The notes below the pieces were generated by a model, which worked only from the letters and a program-made list of their open reading frames with translations, was not told the origin of the DNA and searched no databases. The position numbers were made by a program, and so were the translations under genes. A stretch of 64,000 bases of DNA. It comes from Eledone cirrhosa (Eukaryota). The stretch covers positions 264,058,001 to 264,122,000 of the forward strand of contig OZ024740.1 in NCBI GenBank assembly GCA_964016885.1, given 5' to 3'. Shown one piece after another: positions 1 through 13,157 of this stretch; positions within the stretch are counted from its first letter, which is position 1, and each line of letters opens with the position of its first letter.

Positions 1-780
1 GTTTCCACCGTGCTATTGCTTACAGCCATCGGTTTCTTGGTTTGTGTTTGTAAGCAGATCGTCCCCAAGAAAAGACGATCCGGTGGGGTACTAATTCGAA
101 AGCCGTTACCTTCGAAATTTATATGTTGCGCCGCGTCCTTTATTTGCTGGCTTGGTTTGACAGATCTATCTGTATAAACTCTGTCTCTTTGGTAAGGCTT
201 TCTGCAAACGTGTTTTTCTGTTAGTGTATTTGGTTGTTTTCCTTTGGGCTGGAGTTGTTGTTTTTGTTATTCTTGTTATTGTTGTTGACCTCGTTGTTAT
301 TGGTGTTGTTTTCTTTCATAGCATTGTTGTTGTTTTGTTGCTGGTGCCGCCGGTTGTGTTGCTTTTGTTCATTGTTTCGCACATTTGGTTTTGGTTTGTT
401 GCCATGGCAACGTCAAGTTGTTGGTCAGCAGGTGAACAAAATCCTTCCTCTGTCTGACCTTTGTCTGAGACATCAGCTACTATGACAGTGGGAGGGGGAA
501 GCTGTAAGCATGTCTTCCCCATTCCTCCTTCGAATGTTGGTGAAATAGCTGTTGCTTCAGCCATTTTTATTTTTAAACGTTAGTTTTTCCGACAAATTTT
601 TTTTATGGAATATTTCGCCTAAAGACGTAGAATATTTTGAGAGACTGACCAGATCAAAATTTTACCTGGCAGTCCCTCTACCAGTTGGTATAAAAATGAA
701 GATTCACAGTCAAGAATTTCTTTAGAAATTTAAGCAGAACTTACCCAGGAAGTTTCACGCGTGTGTCCATCCCAATAGAC
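1..780 (-). mobile_element. 5' part (5'UTR and start of ORF1) of a Tx1/L1-clade LINE running off the window start
   Basis: ORF 316..564 (MAEATAIS...) continues into an Asn/Thr-rich segment and an 'NTFAESL' motif. This is the same layout as ORF1 at 4450-6080 and at 62894 onward. The 5' end abuts a (GATA)n tract. Confidence 0.65.
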
Positions 781-798
781 AGATAAGAGATAGATAAG

Positions 799-836
<38 letters not shown>
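781..836. repeat. (GATA)n microsatellite between two head-to-tail Tx1-like LINEs
   Basis: agataagagatagataagtagatagatagata... seen directly. Confidence 0.95.
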
Positions 837-837
<1 letters not shown>

Positions 838-1074
838 CTTTATATTTATTTGCCACCAGGGCAAATACATGGGGGGGGGGGTTTACATACATTTCAAAGG
901 ATGTGTAAAAACATATAACAAATAAAATTCAACAATCGAAGTCCTCAATAGGGAGGGAGCGTTGACGTGGGTCGCACACACCCCCGAAAAAAATGTGCAA
1001 CCATCCTCCTCAGGAGCACTAAAGCGGGTGCCCCCTTCCTCTCCTCTTTCTTCTCCTCTCTCACCTACAGGCTG

Positions 1075-4000
1075 ATATAGATTGAAGGGACATTCACTCG
1101 GGCCATTCACGCTACTTTCACCAACCTTTCATAAAACTTGCTGGGGTAGAGCACTTCTCTCTGATTCTGATCCTTCTTCTAAAATGGCACTTGAAAGAAA
1201 GGAACAGTTGTTGGCCGGAGAGTAAAGTGTCTGACATCAGCCCGTTAAACTTCGTCCACCATACAACCTCTTTCGCCATAGATATCACACAGAGGAAAAC
1301 CGCCTCTCCTTCGTTTTTGAAGGGGGAGGCAGTTTGATCGTGACAATGTACTCTGTGGTCAACCGCATTGGTCCCACCTGCGACAGTAGTCGTTCCACAT
1401 AGCCCCACAGGTCGGCAACGCCCGGGCAGTGTACGAATGCGTGCACGACGGTTTTCTCGTCACAAACGCATCTCGGTCATATCATTTTCGACGGGTCCCT
1501 ACCGGGCGCCCGTGTCTGTAGATTTTGTCCCGAAAAGGTAGAGCTCCTCGGTAGCACTGCCAGGCCAGGGACTTTTGGAAATTGTCCATCGGTCCCTGGC
1601 CAAACGTCCAACCGAACAGACTGGCTAGCTCGTCTTCCTCCATGCTCAGAGCCTCTCCGGCAGCTTCGTCGCACCTGCTGCGCACTAACCCTCCATAGAA
1701 TGTTGAGGTTGAATCTCCACTGATTGTCGGATCCGCTTGCCAGAGGGCTGTGAGCGCTTGGGCACATTCAATGTGCCAGTTGCCCATTTTTCTCGGTCTT
1801 TGCTTGACCTAGGATTGCATCTCGGTGAGTGAGACGAGTCTCGGAAAGGCTTGCCTCACAAAAGTGGCCCACACCGACTGACCGGTGAGGAATATCTAGA
1901 GGTGCCGTAGCCTTAATGCGTGTCTACGCATCGTCAGCCACAGCACCCCCAGCCATCCGTTCGAAGGGTGTTGACAGCAAATGGATCTTCTTCCAAAGGA
2001 TTCGGAAGGGTGCGCGCTCCATTTTGGCGAGCGTTTTCGCTGGGCAAGGCACGACGGTCAAGCGGTAGTAGATGACGCACGCTATATAAGTGTTCGCTAC
2101 ATACGGTCGACCTTCCAGGGATAGTTTTCACTGGGCCCACGATTGCAAACACCTTGCCCGTTACCTCGTCCCAGTTTTTCTCCACCTGGAGGTCCGTTCC
2201 GAACCAGACCCCGAGTAGCTTCACCGGTCCCTCCGTCCAGCGTGCGAAGACGCCGTCGGAGGGCATCGGTTTGCCTGCCCACGTTCCGAGTTGCAAACCG
2301 ACGGACTTGTCCCGGTTCAGCTTGGCTCCTGTAAACCTTTCGTATTCCTCCAGTAAGGTGCCGATCTGCCCGATTTCCGAGGCGCAAGGCACCATTACTG
2401 TCATGTCATCGGCGTAGGCCGACACCGCTTTCCGAAATCCCAGTTCCAAGGCGTTTCCCTGCAACAGCTCCAACTTCCGCAGTAGTGGCTCGAGAGCCAG
2501 CATATTCAGCAGGGCGGAGAGAGGTAGCCGTTCACCTTGACCCTCGAGCAGGTGTTGCTGCTGTGCATTGCAGCAATCCAGCCCCTGAAAACGGGCCGAA
2601 GCCTGCCGCCGCGAGCACCGCATCCAAGTACCGATGGTCGACCCTATCGAACACCTTAGATTGATCCAAGTTGATCAGGGCCCCACCAAAGCCGCGTTCG
2701 CTCCCTACCCACTCTACGATGTATCGCATGAGGTGGAGGTTGTCGTGTATGGACCTGGACGGGATTGCGCATGTCTGCACTCCTCCCGCCAGGTCCCCGA
2801 CGACAAGCACCAACCTCTTCGCTAACACCTTAGCCAAAATCTTTAACTCTGAGTTTAGCAGAGTTATGGGCCTGAAGTAATCTATATCATCCCCCTTGTT
2901 CTCGTCCTTCCTCACCAGCGTGACTACGCCCTTGGTCACAGAACTGGGAATTCTCCCGTTCTGTTGCCAGTTGCAGTAGAACGCCTCGAGGAGATTGGAG
3001 AACATGTCCGGCATCGCTACATAAGGTTCGTATGGTAGACCATCGAGACCGGGAGATTTGCGTTTGCCGCATTGGCTCGGCGCTTCCCCTATCTCAACGG
3101 CTGAAATCGGCCTTTCGCAGAACTTTTCCGCCCCATCCGAGAGCCGCGGTATGGACCGAAATCCATGGCCTCACTCGGCCCTCTGTCCCTACCGAACAGT
3201 CGTGCAAAGCGCCGTTGAAAGGTGGCGCACATCCGCTTAGGTTCAAGGATCATGCGTCCATCCTGGTCCTTCAAAGACTGAATCGTGTACTTGTTTCCAC
3301 TTTTTGCCTCTGTCACTCGGGCCCAGCTAACAGCTTTGGCTCCCTCGTTACCCAAGCACGTATTTTACTCCTAACAACGCAGCCCTCGTGCTTCGTGTCA
3401 AAGGACTGGTCTAGGGCCGTTCTTGACGCCAGCACGCCGGTCACTTTCCACTCCTAATCACCTCTTCTACTCTATCTATCAATTCCCTTTCAGTTCTATT
3501 CCTATCTGATGCTAATTCCTGACTAAAACCTATCGATTCTATTCTAATTTCTCTCTTGAGAGAGCCCCACTACCTGCTGTTGACAATTGCCCCCGTCAAC
3601 CGCTGCTTAACTAGAGTACTAATCCGCTTACTGTAAGCTTTGTTTGTCGGTAAGAAGAAGTTTAGCTTTCAGTAACCGGGTCCTTCTCTATGGGTTCTAT
3701 CAAGGTTGACCACTCCGGTCACTAACTTGTGATCCGAATAGTCAACCATGAACATTCGTGGACAGCTTAATATGTTCCTAACCTTATTTCTAACTAGGAA
3801 CCTATCTAGGTACGACCTCGATGTTCTGCTGAGATTAGACCACGTTCACAGTGGCACAGTCGGAAAATCTAGTCGATATCTATCGGCCAGATCAAATTGG
3901 CCGATTAACCGTTTGAGGCTGTTACAACCCCCTCATTCGGGACATGCCCCTACATAGTCGCAACGTGTATCCAGGATACCATTCCAGTCCCCCACTAAAA

Positions 4001-4406
4001 GCAAGGGGCGAGACGTTCCCAGAAAAGTCTCTAGGCGTTGGAAGAAGTGCGGTCGTGGTGTCCCAGATGGGCATACGCTGCCACCAGCCTGAAGGCTCCA
4101 GCTTCACTACTGCCGACGTCTAGAATCACCAGTTGGCCCTCCGGGTCCAGGTGTACCTTCCGTGTTGCGAGGCCCAGGTGTTTTCGCAGCAGAACGACCA
4201 CCCCGCCCCTACCCCCCGGCTGACAGAGATGCATAGATCTCAAAGTGGTCGAAGATGGGGGCCAGTTGGTGCTCGCTGCTGATCCTGGACACGCAAATAG
4301 TTATCACATCCATTCTGAGCGACCTGAGGTCATTTAAGAGTTTGCCCTGCTTGCAGGACATCCCCAGGCCGCGCACATTTAAACATCCAACTCTTATAAC
4401 AGCCAT
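1075..4406 (-). pseudogene. LINE ORF2 (APE endonuclease + reverse transcriptase), many frameshifts and stops
   Basis: Motifs: MAVIRVGCLNVRGL (APE motif I), GGVVVLLRK, FRLVAAYA, FRPITLLNSELKILAKVLAKRL, LDQSKVFDRVDH, SAYADD, KLNRDKS, KLLGVWF and LAWQCYRGALP. The QG(CP) motif region is deleted. Confidence 0.9.
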
Positions 4407-4449
4407 GTTGGTGGTGAAGAGTTTAGAGTGGAGAAAAAGGAAAAGACAC

Positions 4450-6080
4450 CTACCTGTCCTTCTCCTGGGGACCAGGCTGCACAATTTCCATGGAGGTGTC
4501 CGTGGGGTTGTTTGGTGTGGTGGTGGTTTGGGATGTGGTGGGGATATCACTGTGAGGTGGGTTGGGGATGTTTGGTGGAGGAGGGGTGTCTGGGGTGGTG
4601 GTGGGGAAACCTTTCAAGAGGACGCGGTTGCTAGGTCTAGTGCAGGTGTTCCCCACGTCGTCGGGAAAGTTCTGTTTGAGCATTGCGTAGGTGTCCTTTG
4701 GGGCCCTAATCATTTTAAAATGCGGTTTAGTCGCCGCGTTGGTGAACATTTTCCTTTCGGTTTCCACCGAAGGGTCTTTGTCTATTGTTTGCACAAGTGT
4801 TTTTTATTATTTGTGTTGATGCATGTATACTGTTTTTGTTGTGTTCTGTTTGTCTTTGCGTGTTGTTGTGGTTGTTGTTCTTGTGGTGGTGGTGGTTGTG
4901 TTGTTGTGTGTGGCGTGGGCAGAAGCGTCTTTTTAGGGGGGAGGAGAGGCATTTATAAAGGGACAGGAAGCCCTCAGGTGACCACTTCTTCAACAGTGGT
5001 AGCATGAAGGCCGCCTGCCCTCAACATAAATGTATATGAAGGCGACTCCATCCAGGGACACACGCTGCGGTATTCTTGCTATCCGTTCTGGTCTCATCTG
5101 GACCAGAACTGCAAGGCTATTGCCGCCGAATACGCCCCCGGTGGATTCGCCTATCGAAAGGATTGTGTCCTCATCTTCTAAGAATCCTTTTAGCACCCAC
5201 CAAATGCTCACATTTGGTCTGATGCCCGAGATTCTTATCTTTTGAGTTCTTTCCCCCAAATATGTGGGGGAAAAGGTGTATGCTTTGGATACAATTGGCG
5301 ACAAAGAATATTTCCGTGACGCCAATTCATCTTGCATTAAAACAGATAAGCTTCCATACAGTTTCCCTTTCTGTATGAAAGTGATATCCTTCCAGGCACT
5401 ATTTAGTACCAGCTCAATTTCGCTTTGGGAAAATTGAGCCGGTTTCCTAGTCGCGTCCGAAACTGTCTTAAAGATTACGGTTCTGAGGACTGGGTCCCTT
5501 CTAATTTCTTCGGGGAAGGTAATTGTGAATTCCCCCACCTTCCCCGAAACTTACACAATTCCTTACTTCTTTCAGCAATTTCTTGGCACTCGAGATGTCC
5601 AATGCCTTGTAAGTCTGCGTTTCTCGAACCGCCTGTGCGAAGGAGATTGCAGATGTGGGTCCGTTTTCTTTCGTGCTGTTTTCATTGTTGTTGTTATTAT
5701 TCGTTGGCTTGCTTTTTTCCTTTGTTGGTGTTTTCATTATTGCTGTTGTTGGTTGTGTTGCTATTGTCATTGTTGCTGTTGTTGGTTGTGTTGCTATTGT
5801 CATTGTTGATCTTGTTGGTTGTGTTGTTATTGTCATTGTTGTTCTTGTTTGTGTAATTGTTACTTTTGGGGTTTTCACCCATTTCCACAGTTTTTCCTTT
5901 TGATTCCGTGGTGTCTTTTGCGGGAGTGAGGAGGAAAGGCTTACAGCGTTGTGATGCTACCTTCTCTCTATCACTTTCTTTGGGGGCCGTAGCATGCGTC
6001 GTGTTAATGGCGTCCATCACTAAACGACTTTTTATCGATAACTTATAACTATCAAATTTCGCCTCAAAAAGGGGCGACAT
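4450..6080 (-). pseudogene. LINE ORF1 (gag-like nucleic-acid-binding protein with CCHC zinc knuckle), disrupted
   Basis: ORF pieces 5697..6125, 5501..5878, 4990..5538 and 4450..4794. The knuckle reads CYHC*RSGHLRASC (CX2CX4HX4C with an internal stop) at about 4962-5004. The N-terminus is Asn/Thr-rich with 30-bp repeats at about 5745-5840. Confidence 0.85.
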
Positions 6081-6782
6081 TTTTATCCAACGTCTGCAGG
6101 CCCAGGCGAGGGGTAAACACAACAAATAACAAGTAGCTTAAACGAACCTACCGCTTCTCGTAATAAATTCCGACAAAATGCAGGAGCGAAGCAAAAACAC
6201 GTCTATCTTCTTCGAGATAGATAGATATGTAAAAAGAGTCGCACGTTGCTACATAAATACGAATGAATAAAAAGTATATGGGTAAAGACAGGAAAATGCA
6301 CGAATCCTGGGAGTAGTCCCATCTCATCAGTCGACAGCTAGAGATATATTGATTCTTTACTTTAAGGTCTATATATTTGGTTCCATTACAAATGGGGCAG
6401 TAACATGTAGGTAAAGGGCAAGACGATAGACGTAACGAATACTTTTATATATTGACCAAAAGACAGTAACTAATTGATAAAAGAAAGTAAATGATTATCT
6501 TCGCGACTATTAACAACTTAGAGCAATGTTGCCACTAATCCGTAACCTGCGACTGAAAAGGTACGGACGAGGCTCAACATATCGATTAGCCAAGAAGAAG
6601 GAGAAGAGATACACACGTAATTTTTAGTTTCTTTGGATATTAAGTCCTAAAGAGACAGACAGAACGCGCAGAGAGTTAGAGAGGTGGCTAAAAACATACA
6701 AATTACTTTTATAAACTGATCTTCTTCGCGGCTCGTACATCCCAGACAAATCTATAATAAATCCATTGTTACATGATTGTCA

Positions 6783-7068
<286 letters not shown>

Positions 7069-7143
7069 AAAATGCAGTCATATCGAATATCGCGTTTGAA
7101 ACGTGAGTGTATTAGAATTCTTATAATGATGGGGAAAACTACG

Positions 7144-7146
<3 letters not shown>

Positions 7147-7214
<68 letters not shown>

Positions 7215-7268
7215 TATACATATATATAGATATATGTCTATATATACATATAAATATATATATGTATG

Positions 7269-7335
<67 letters not shown>
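7147..7335. repeat. (TA)n microsatellite
   Basis: Seen directly; source of spurious YIYIYI ORFs. Confidence 0.95.
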
Positions 7336-7339
<4 letters not shown>

Positions 7340-7863
7340 ACATCAGATTACACCTGGGGCCAAAATTGATATTTGCTAATGAAAATGTTCCCCATTTACA
7401 GAGTCTTACCTCAGTCCCGGAACTTAAAGCTAATTTATTAATTATTGTCAATTTGTGTGATTCACGTTTATTCCAGTCTGGAACACTGCTTCGGGCCTAC
7501 TTTTTCGTAATACCGTGTTAATAAGAGAGTTCTACTATATTGTAATTTTAGGCAATTCACAAAATGCATATATTTTTAATCAGCAATACTTGTTACAGAT
7601 TTTTTATACAATAAACTAATGAATGACACTTTCTTAACTAAAACTTAAATAGTACCCTATAACGTAAATGTGATCTCATTGAACCCCCCATTTCCTAGTG
7701 GAAAGTACAGTTCCTAAAGCCATATTCAGAACTGTAAAATTAATTTATACATACATTTTTTCTTACAGGTTCGAGTCATTATATTGTGACCATGCTGGGT
7801 CATCTCGAAGGGATATAGACGGACAGTGAACGTAAACGTGAAAGCACTCAGACGCGGACAAAA

Positions 7864-7864
<1 letters not shown>

Positions 7865-7929
<65 letters not shown>

Positions 7930-7990
7930 TCTCCCTCCCTCTCTCTCTATCTATCTATCTATCTATCTCTATCTCTATCTATCTCTATTT
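7865..7990. repeat. (CT)n/(CTAT)n microsatellite
   Basis: Seen directly. Confidence 0.95.
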
Positions 7991-8160
7991 CTCTCCCTCA
8001 ATCCCCCCATATATATATTGTTATATTTGAGGAGACACATATTGTTATAATATTGCCAGAACATATATATATATATATATATAAATTTCAAGGAAACAAT
8101 AAACAGAGATACAAAAAGTCTTATTATTTTCATGCTTTTTATTGGAAAGAGGAATGAAAG

Positions 8161-8195
8161 TTCGACGTGTCGGTCTTAAGCCCTTCTTCGGGAGT
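8161..8195 (-). ncRNA. Degenerate minimal hammerhead-like motif
   Basis: Minus strand reads cCCGAAGAagggcttaagaccGACAcGTC, two substitutions from CTGAAGA...GAAAC-GTC. AATAAA lies downstream. Confidence 0.3.
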
Positions 8196-8778
8196 TAAAA
8201 TAGACAGGAGAAACAAAAAGAATGAAGAGGGAAAACAAGAAAGCCGTTAGGTTGTCTTGCTTTGTGAATGCTGTATTTACCATCCTGTCCAGCCAGATGA
8301 ATATCCATCGACCTCGAACCTGTGGGTATATTACAAAAATGACAAACTAAGAAATAGAATTTCACGAATTCTTATTAGTTACACGCCTTTTTTTTTTAGG
8401 AAAAAAAATCTTCAATGCTTCGTGCGTTAAACTTTTATCAAGAAAGAGTAAAGTTGATAAGAAAAAGAGGCTGGAATGCTGATCTGGAATCCAACCGAGG
8501 AAAAGATTACACGTAAGAATAGAGAATGTATGTCTAAATAAAACAATGCATAATAAAAAAAATATCCCCCCACCCCACCCCACCACCATCACCACCACCA
8601 CCAAAAAATAGGACAGCACACAATATTTCTTTCCTTTGTTCTTCTATACGTGTTTAAGAAACCAAAATATTATCATGTTTAGTTCGATCTTCGAATATAC
8701 ATAATTACTTAACACCTAAAGTTGATATGTATTTATTCACCCCCCCCCCTCCCCCCAACACACACACCTCTCTCTCTA

Positions 8779-8835
<57 letters not shown>

Positions 8836-9222
8836 GTGGTAACAAATTAGTATTGTTGTTATTGTTCTGATTGAATGCCATTACTACTATATATAGTAGC
8901 CATGCCTGTATAGTATTTTCATTCTCACAAGCTCCGATGAATTGACTGGTTATTACTTTGTATTGGTGATCGAATAACGTGAAAATAAGCGGTTAGCGAT
9001 CTCTAGACCTACCAGTTCAGAGAAAAAATTGTCAGCAATGAGATTAAAAACCGTGTCACTCATCTTTCCTGATTTATATACATAAGAAACATATTTCATG
9101 TGATCAACGAAACAGGCATTTCTGTTAGAATCATCTAACTTCGTGAAACTTTGAGTAATGGAATAATTATATTGTGTTGTTTATTACATAATGTTATATA
9201 TATATTTATATACACACACACA

Positions 9223-9260
<38 letters not shown>

Positions 9261-9512
9261 AAGTGTGGCGTACACATATTTATCTAAATCTCGAATGTGG
9301 TTTAGTAAATATCACAAATAACGAGAGGTATTTCAGAGGTAAATCCAGTTGGTATACTTCCGATCATTTTAGATTTATCATCAAGGAACATATATATTAA
9401 CAAAGAACATAGGTGACCAAGTCAAAACAGTTAATGAATTAGTTATTTGATCTACATGTGTTTTATTCTCTATGTATATTATTTACAATACCCTTATATA
9501 TAACATAATTGT

Positions 9513-9696
9513 TTTTACTTTTGGCACAAGGCCAGCAATTTTTCAGTGTATTACTGGTACTTTATTTTATCGACCCCGTAAGGATGAAGGGCAAAGTCAA
9601 CCTCGGCGGGATTTTAACTCAGAATGGCAAGCGCTGTAAATCTTTGCTGCAAAGCATGGCGTCCGACCCTCTACCGATACTGCCAATCTACCGCCA
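9513..9696 (-). mobile_element. tRNA-derived SINE (MetaSINE-like central domain)
   Basis: Reverse complement of the copy at 39181-39368. It has A/B-box-like head motifs and gactttgccYttcatccttacggggtcgataaaataa.gtaccag. Confidence 0.8.
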
Positions 9697-10344
9697 TATA
9701 TAACATAATAAAAAAGTATTTAATTACCGAATATATGTCAGTACCTGCATGTTACAACCGCAAACTATAATAAAAAATGTTTCTATGGTGATGGAATGTT
9801 ATATTTGCCAGAATTATTCAACAGTACTTCTATTAATAATTGTTATGTCGGGTATTATCAGCACCACTTCTCTAGTGAAAATACAGTAATATTTACTGAA
9901 GTTATAATCAAATTTAACCTCAGTAAATAGTATTTTAGTATTAATATTATGAAGTCTATGGAAGCAAGAAATGGCTAAAATTATCTAGGCATTAGGAACG
10001 TTTATTTTATTAGGTTATTTATACGCACCAGTTTCTTTTCATCATCCGGCGGCCTCAGCCGAAATGTAGATGTGTGTTTCCCGGTTACACACAAGTACCA
10101 AAGGCTTTTCAATCGCCACACAGTACAGTTCACATTTTCTACTGCACGCAACATGGGTAACTCTATAGCCCAAACCAACTCAGTGAAGATGAGAATCTTC
10201 GACTGTCGCCTACAACAGACGAATGGTATTTCTGGAGTGCCAGGGAGAACACTTAGTGGCACGGCCAACACTTGCGGCACAGACCACACTGACAATCGAT
10301 CCGTAGTGTGCCAGGACCTTGACAACCAGACGACGCCGACCCTG

Positions 10345-10510
10345 AACAGCATACAAACTCAAATGGCGTATTATTCAGCATGCTGATGAATACTCCGCAG
10401 GTGAGAGAGGGTGCAGACTATGTCTGACTGAAGCCATGGAGATAGTCAGATTAAAGGATACCTGGTCAGCCTGAAATCTGAGGTCATCGTGACATGCAGG
10501 CATCAAAGGA
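10345..10510 (+). mobile_element. Penelope-like element remnant (C-terminus of GIY-YIG endonuclease)
   Basis: Translates YKLKWRIIQHADEYSAGERGCRLCLTEAMEIVRLKD..KSEVIVTCRHQR, matching the W..I...Y..G...C.LC..E....E....CRH pattern also seen at 38410-38904. Confidence 0.7.
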
Positions 10511-11107
10511 ACAGCACATTTTCTGCACTGGAATTCCCGGATAATTATAGTGGAAGAAAGACCAATATAGAACGACGTGTTCATGCGTCCCTCATTTAAT
10601 TCACCTCGTGAGCCTCAGGCCGTGTCTATCTGTCAAATCACACCCTGGATTAGGGGCCACATAATAACAGAGTATATGAGAATATGGAGTAATATGAATA
10701 TTAGGGTACATTATCTGAAGCATATCACCCAGAATTTTGAACCTAGTTTGTTTGTGTCCCTGTGCGCCGTTACCAACGTTTTCTGCGTTTACTGATATAA
10801 CGGCAGAGTATTTTACCAGATACCCATTATTTTGGTTTTCTGATTTTGAATTTTGATTATTCGTTCCGTTCTCGAGTACGGACGCGGGCGAGGGGATCCA
10901 CACAAATATATAGAATGTGATATCATTGTATATATTGAATTTTATTTAATCTTACCTTATATTATTTTATTTTATTTTACTTTACTCAATTTTCACCGTA
11001 TGTTTTGAAAGTTTTCGGTACCCACCTTTATACTCATGGAAACGGTAGGGTGCGTATGTATGTGTATGTGCATATGCGTATATATATGTATGTATATTTA
11101 TAAATAA

Positions 11108-11268
11108 TAGCATTCTCTTATTTTGGCATTTTCATTGGTTCATTAATCCCATCGTCACCTCCATTTTTCTGTCTACTTACATTCATCCATTGGCTGTAAA
11201 TATTCATGCTTCACCCAAAGTTGCTCACCAATTTCTACTACGTTACTATTCTCACCGCATCGATTTCC

Positions 11269-11301
<33 letters not shown>

Positions 11302-11330
11302 CTTTATACAAGCTCACACCCACACACACA
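11108..11330. repeat. ~220 bp dispersed repeat with an inverted copy at about 14420-14645
   Basis: cattcatccattggctgtaaatattcatgc...ctattctcaccgcatcgatttcccaca, with the reverse complement at 14470-14645. Confidence 0.8.
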
Positions 11331-11366
11331 CACACACGCTCGCACACTCACACATATATATATATA

Positions 11367-12195
11367 CTAGCAGCTGAGCCCGGTTGCACCCGGTGCCGCT
11401 TTTTATTAAGTTAATAATTTGAAAAATATTATTGAAAGTTTATTATAAAGAAGCAGTTTCAGGGAAAAAAATAGAAATATGCACTTGGTGCTGGGTGGTG
11501 TACAATGAGAGGTAGAGCGACGTAAAAAGCGTTGTTTATTAACAGCGAAATAGCAATGTCGATGATATGCAATTTGAAAAATACTACTTACTGTTAAAAA
11601 CACGCACCTTCTTAGCAATGTAAGCGTTTTATTTCTTTTGATGGAAAACAGTGACCGTACTGCAGAATCGATTTCCTAAAACGGTACTGTGAAAATGAAA
11701 CGTACTGTAGAAGGCAACAATTTATTAATCTGCATTTTCAAACTTGCATATCATCGACATTGCTATTTCGCTGTTAATAAACAGCGCTTTTCACGTCGCT
11801 CCACTTCTCATGGTACGCCGTCCAGCCCCAAGTGCATATTTCTTTTTTTTTTTCCTGAAACTGCTTCTTTATAATAAGCTTTCAATAATATTTTTAAAAT
11901 TATTGGTACTGTATGTTAACAGCGAAAGAACGTTTTTGAGTTTAGAAACGTGTATGAAATTGTAAATAACTCATCCAATTATTAGAACAGGGGCAAATAA
12001 CTCACCGAACGCGATAGTAAATAGACTGTTTGGGGGCCCTAGGGACCACAATTTTCAGGTTAGAGGTTTGAAACCTCGTCTATTTGCTTCCGTGGCATCT
12101 TTTACATAGGTGTGTAAATGTTCATGTCTGTCCGACCACGTCTACGACCATTTAACCTGGCACATCTGAATTTCAACCACCACCCATTTCACAAA

Positions 12196-12200
<5 letters not shown>
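11367..12200 (-). mobile_element. Probable non-autonomous Helitron with internal ~170 bp inverted repeat
   Basis: On the minus strand a GC hairpin (ccgg-gtgcaa-ccgg) lies about 10 nt before a CTAG 3' terminus (11367-11370) inserted in (TA)n. Internal inverted arms are at about 11412-11582 and 11735-11903. The 5' boundary is uncertain. Confidence 0.55.
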
Positions 12201-12932
<732 letters not shown>

Positions 12933-13078
12933 AAAATCTCTACTACGGTAACCCTTCTACCTTTGTTTTGTTTTCATCTTTGTCTCTCTCAATTTTCACT
13001 TTCACCTGTTTTTCCTATCTATATTTCACTTCCTACCTCGAGATTTCCCTTTGCATTGTTGTGGCTTTCTTAAATACG

Positions 13079-13152
<74 letters not shown>

Positions 13153-13157
<5 letters not shown>

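Larger units (their letters stand above)
837..6214 (-). mobile_element. Near full-length, decayed Tx1/L1-clade non-LTR retrotransposon
   Basis: Contains ORF1 with a CCHC knuckle and ORF2 with APE endonuclease, RT and C-terminal Cys motif. AATAAA lies at 845-850 (minus) followed by a (TATC)n tail. The 5' flank is agatagatagata (6215-6227). Confidence 0.92.

Noticed and set aside
224-5903. Hydrophobic or Cys-rich plus-strand ORFs (for example 224..457, 4255..5007, 5425..5856)
   Set aside because: Antisense shadows of Asn/Thr-rich LINE ORF1 and ORF2 sequence.
6290-6340. Minus-strand CTGATGA followed by a ggga..tccc hairpin
   Set aside because: No GAAA/NUH half with a matching stem I was found at a plausible distance.
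7755-7835. Apparent splice acceptor ttttcttacag followed by a GC-richer stretch
   Set aside because: No convincing donor or ORF, and the sequence resembles a decayed dispersed repeat.
8931-8998. CCGATGA...GAAA...GTT hammerhead-like arrangement
   Set aside because: Core mutated, stem III does not pair and stem I is only 3 bp.
10381-10400. CTGATGA motif
   Set aside because: Falls within the GIY-YIG coding remnant (HADEY) and has no partner GAAA or stems.
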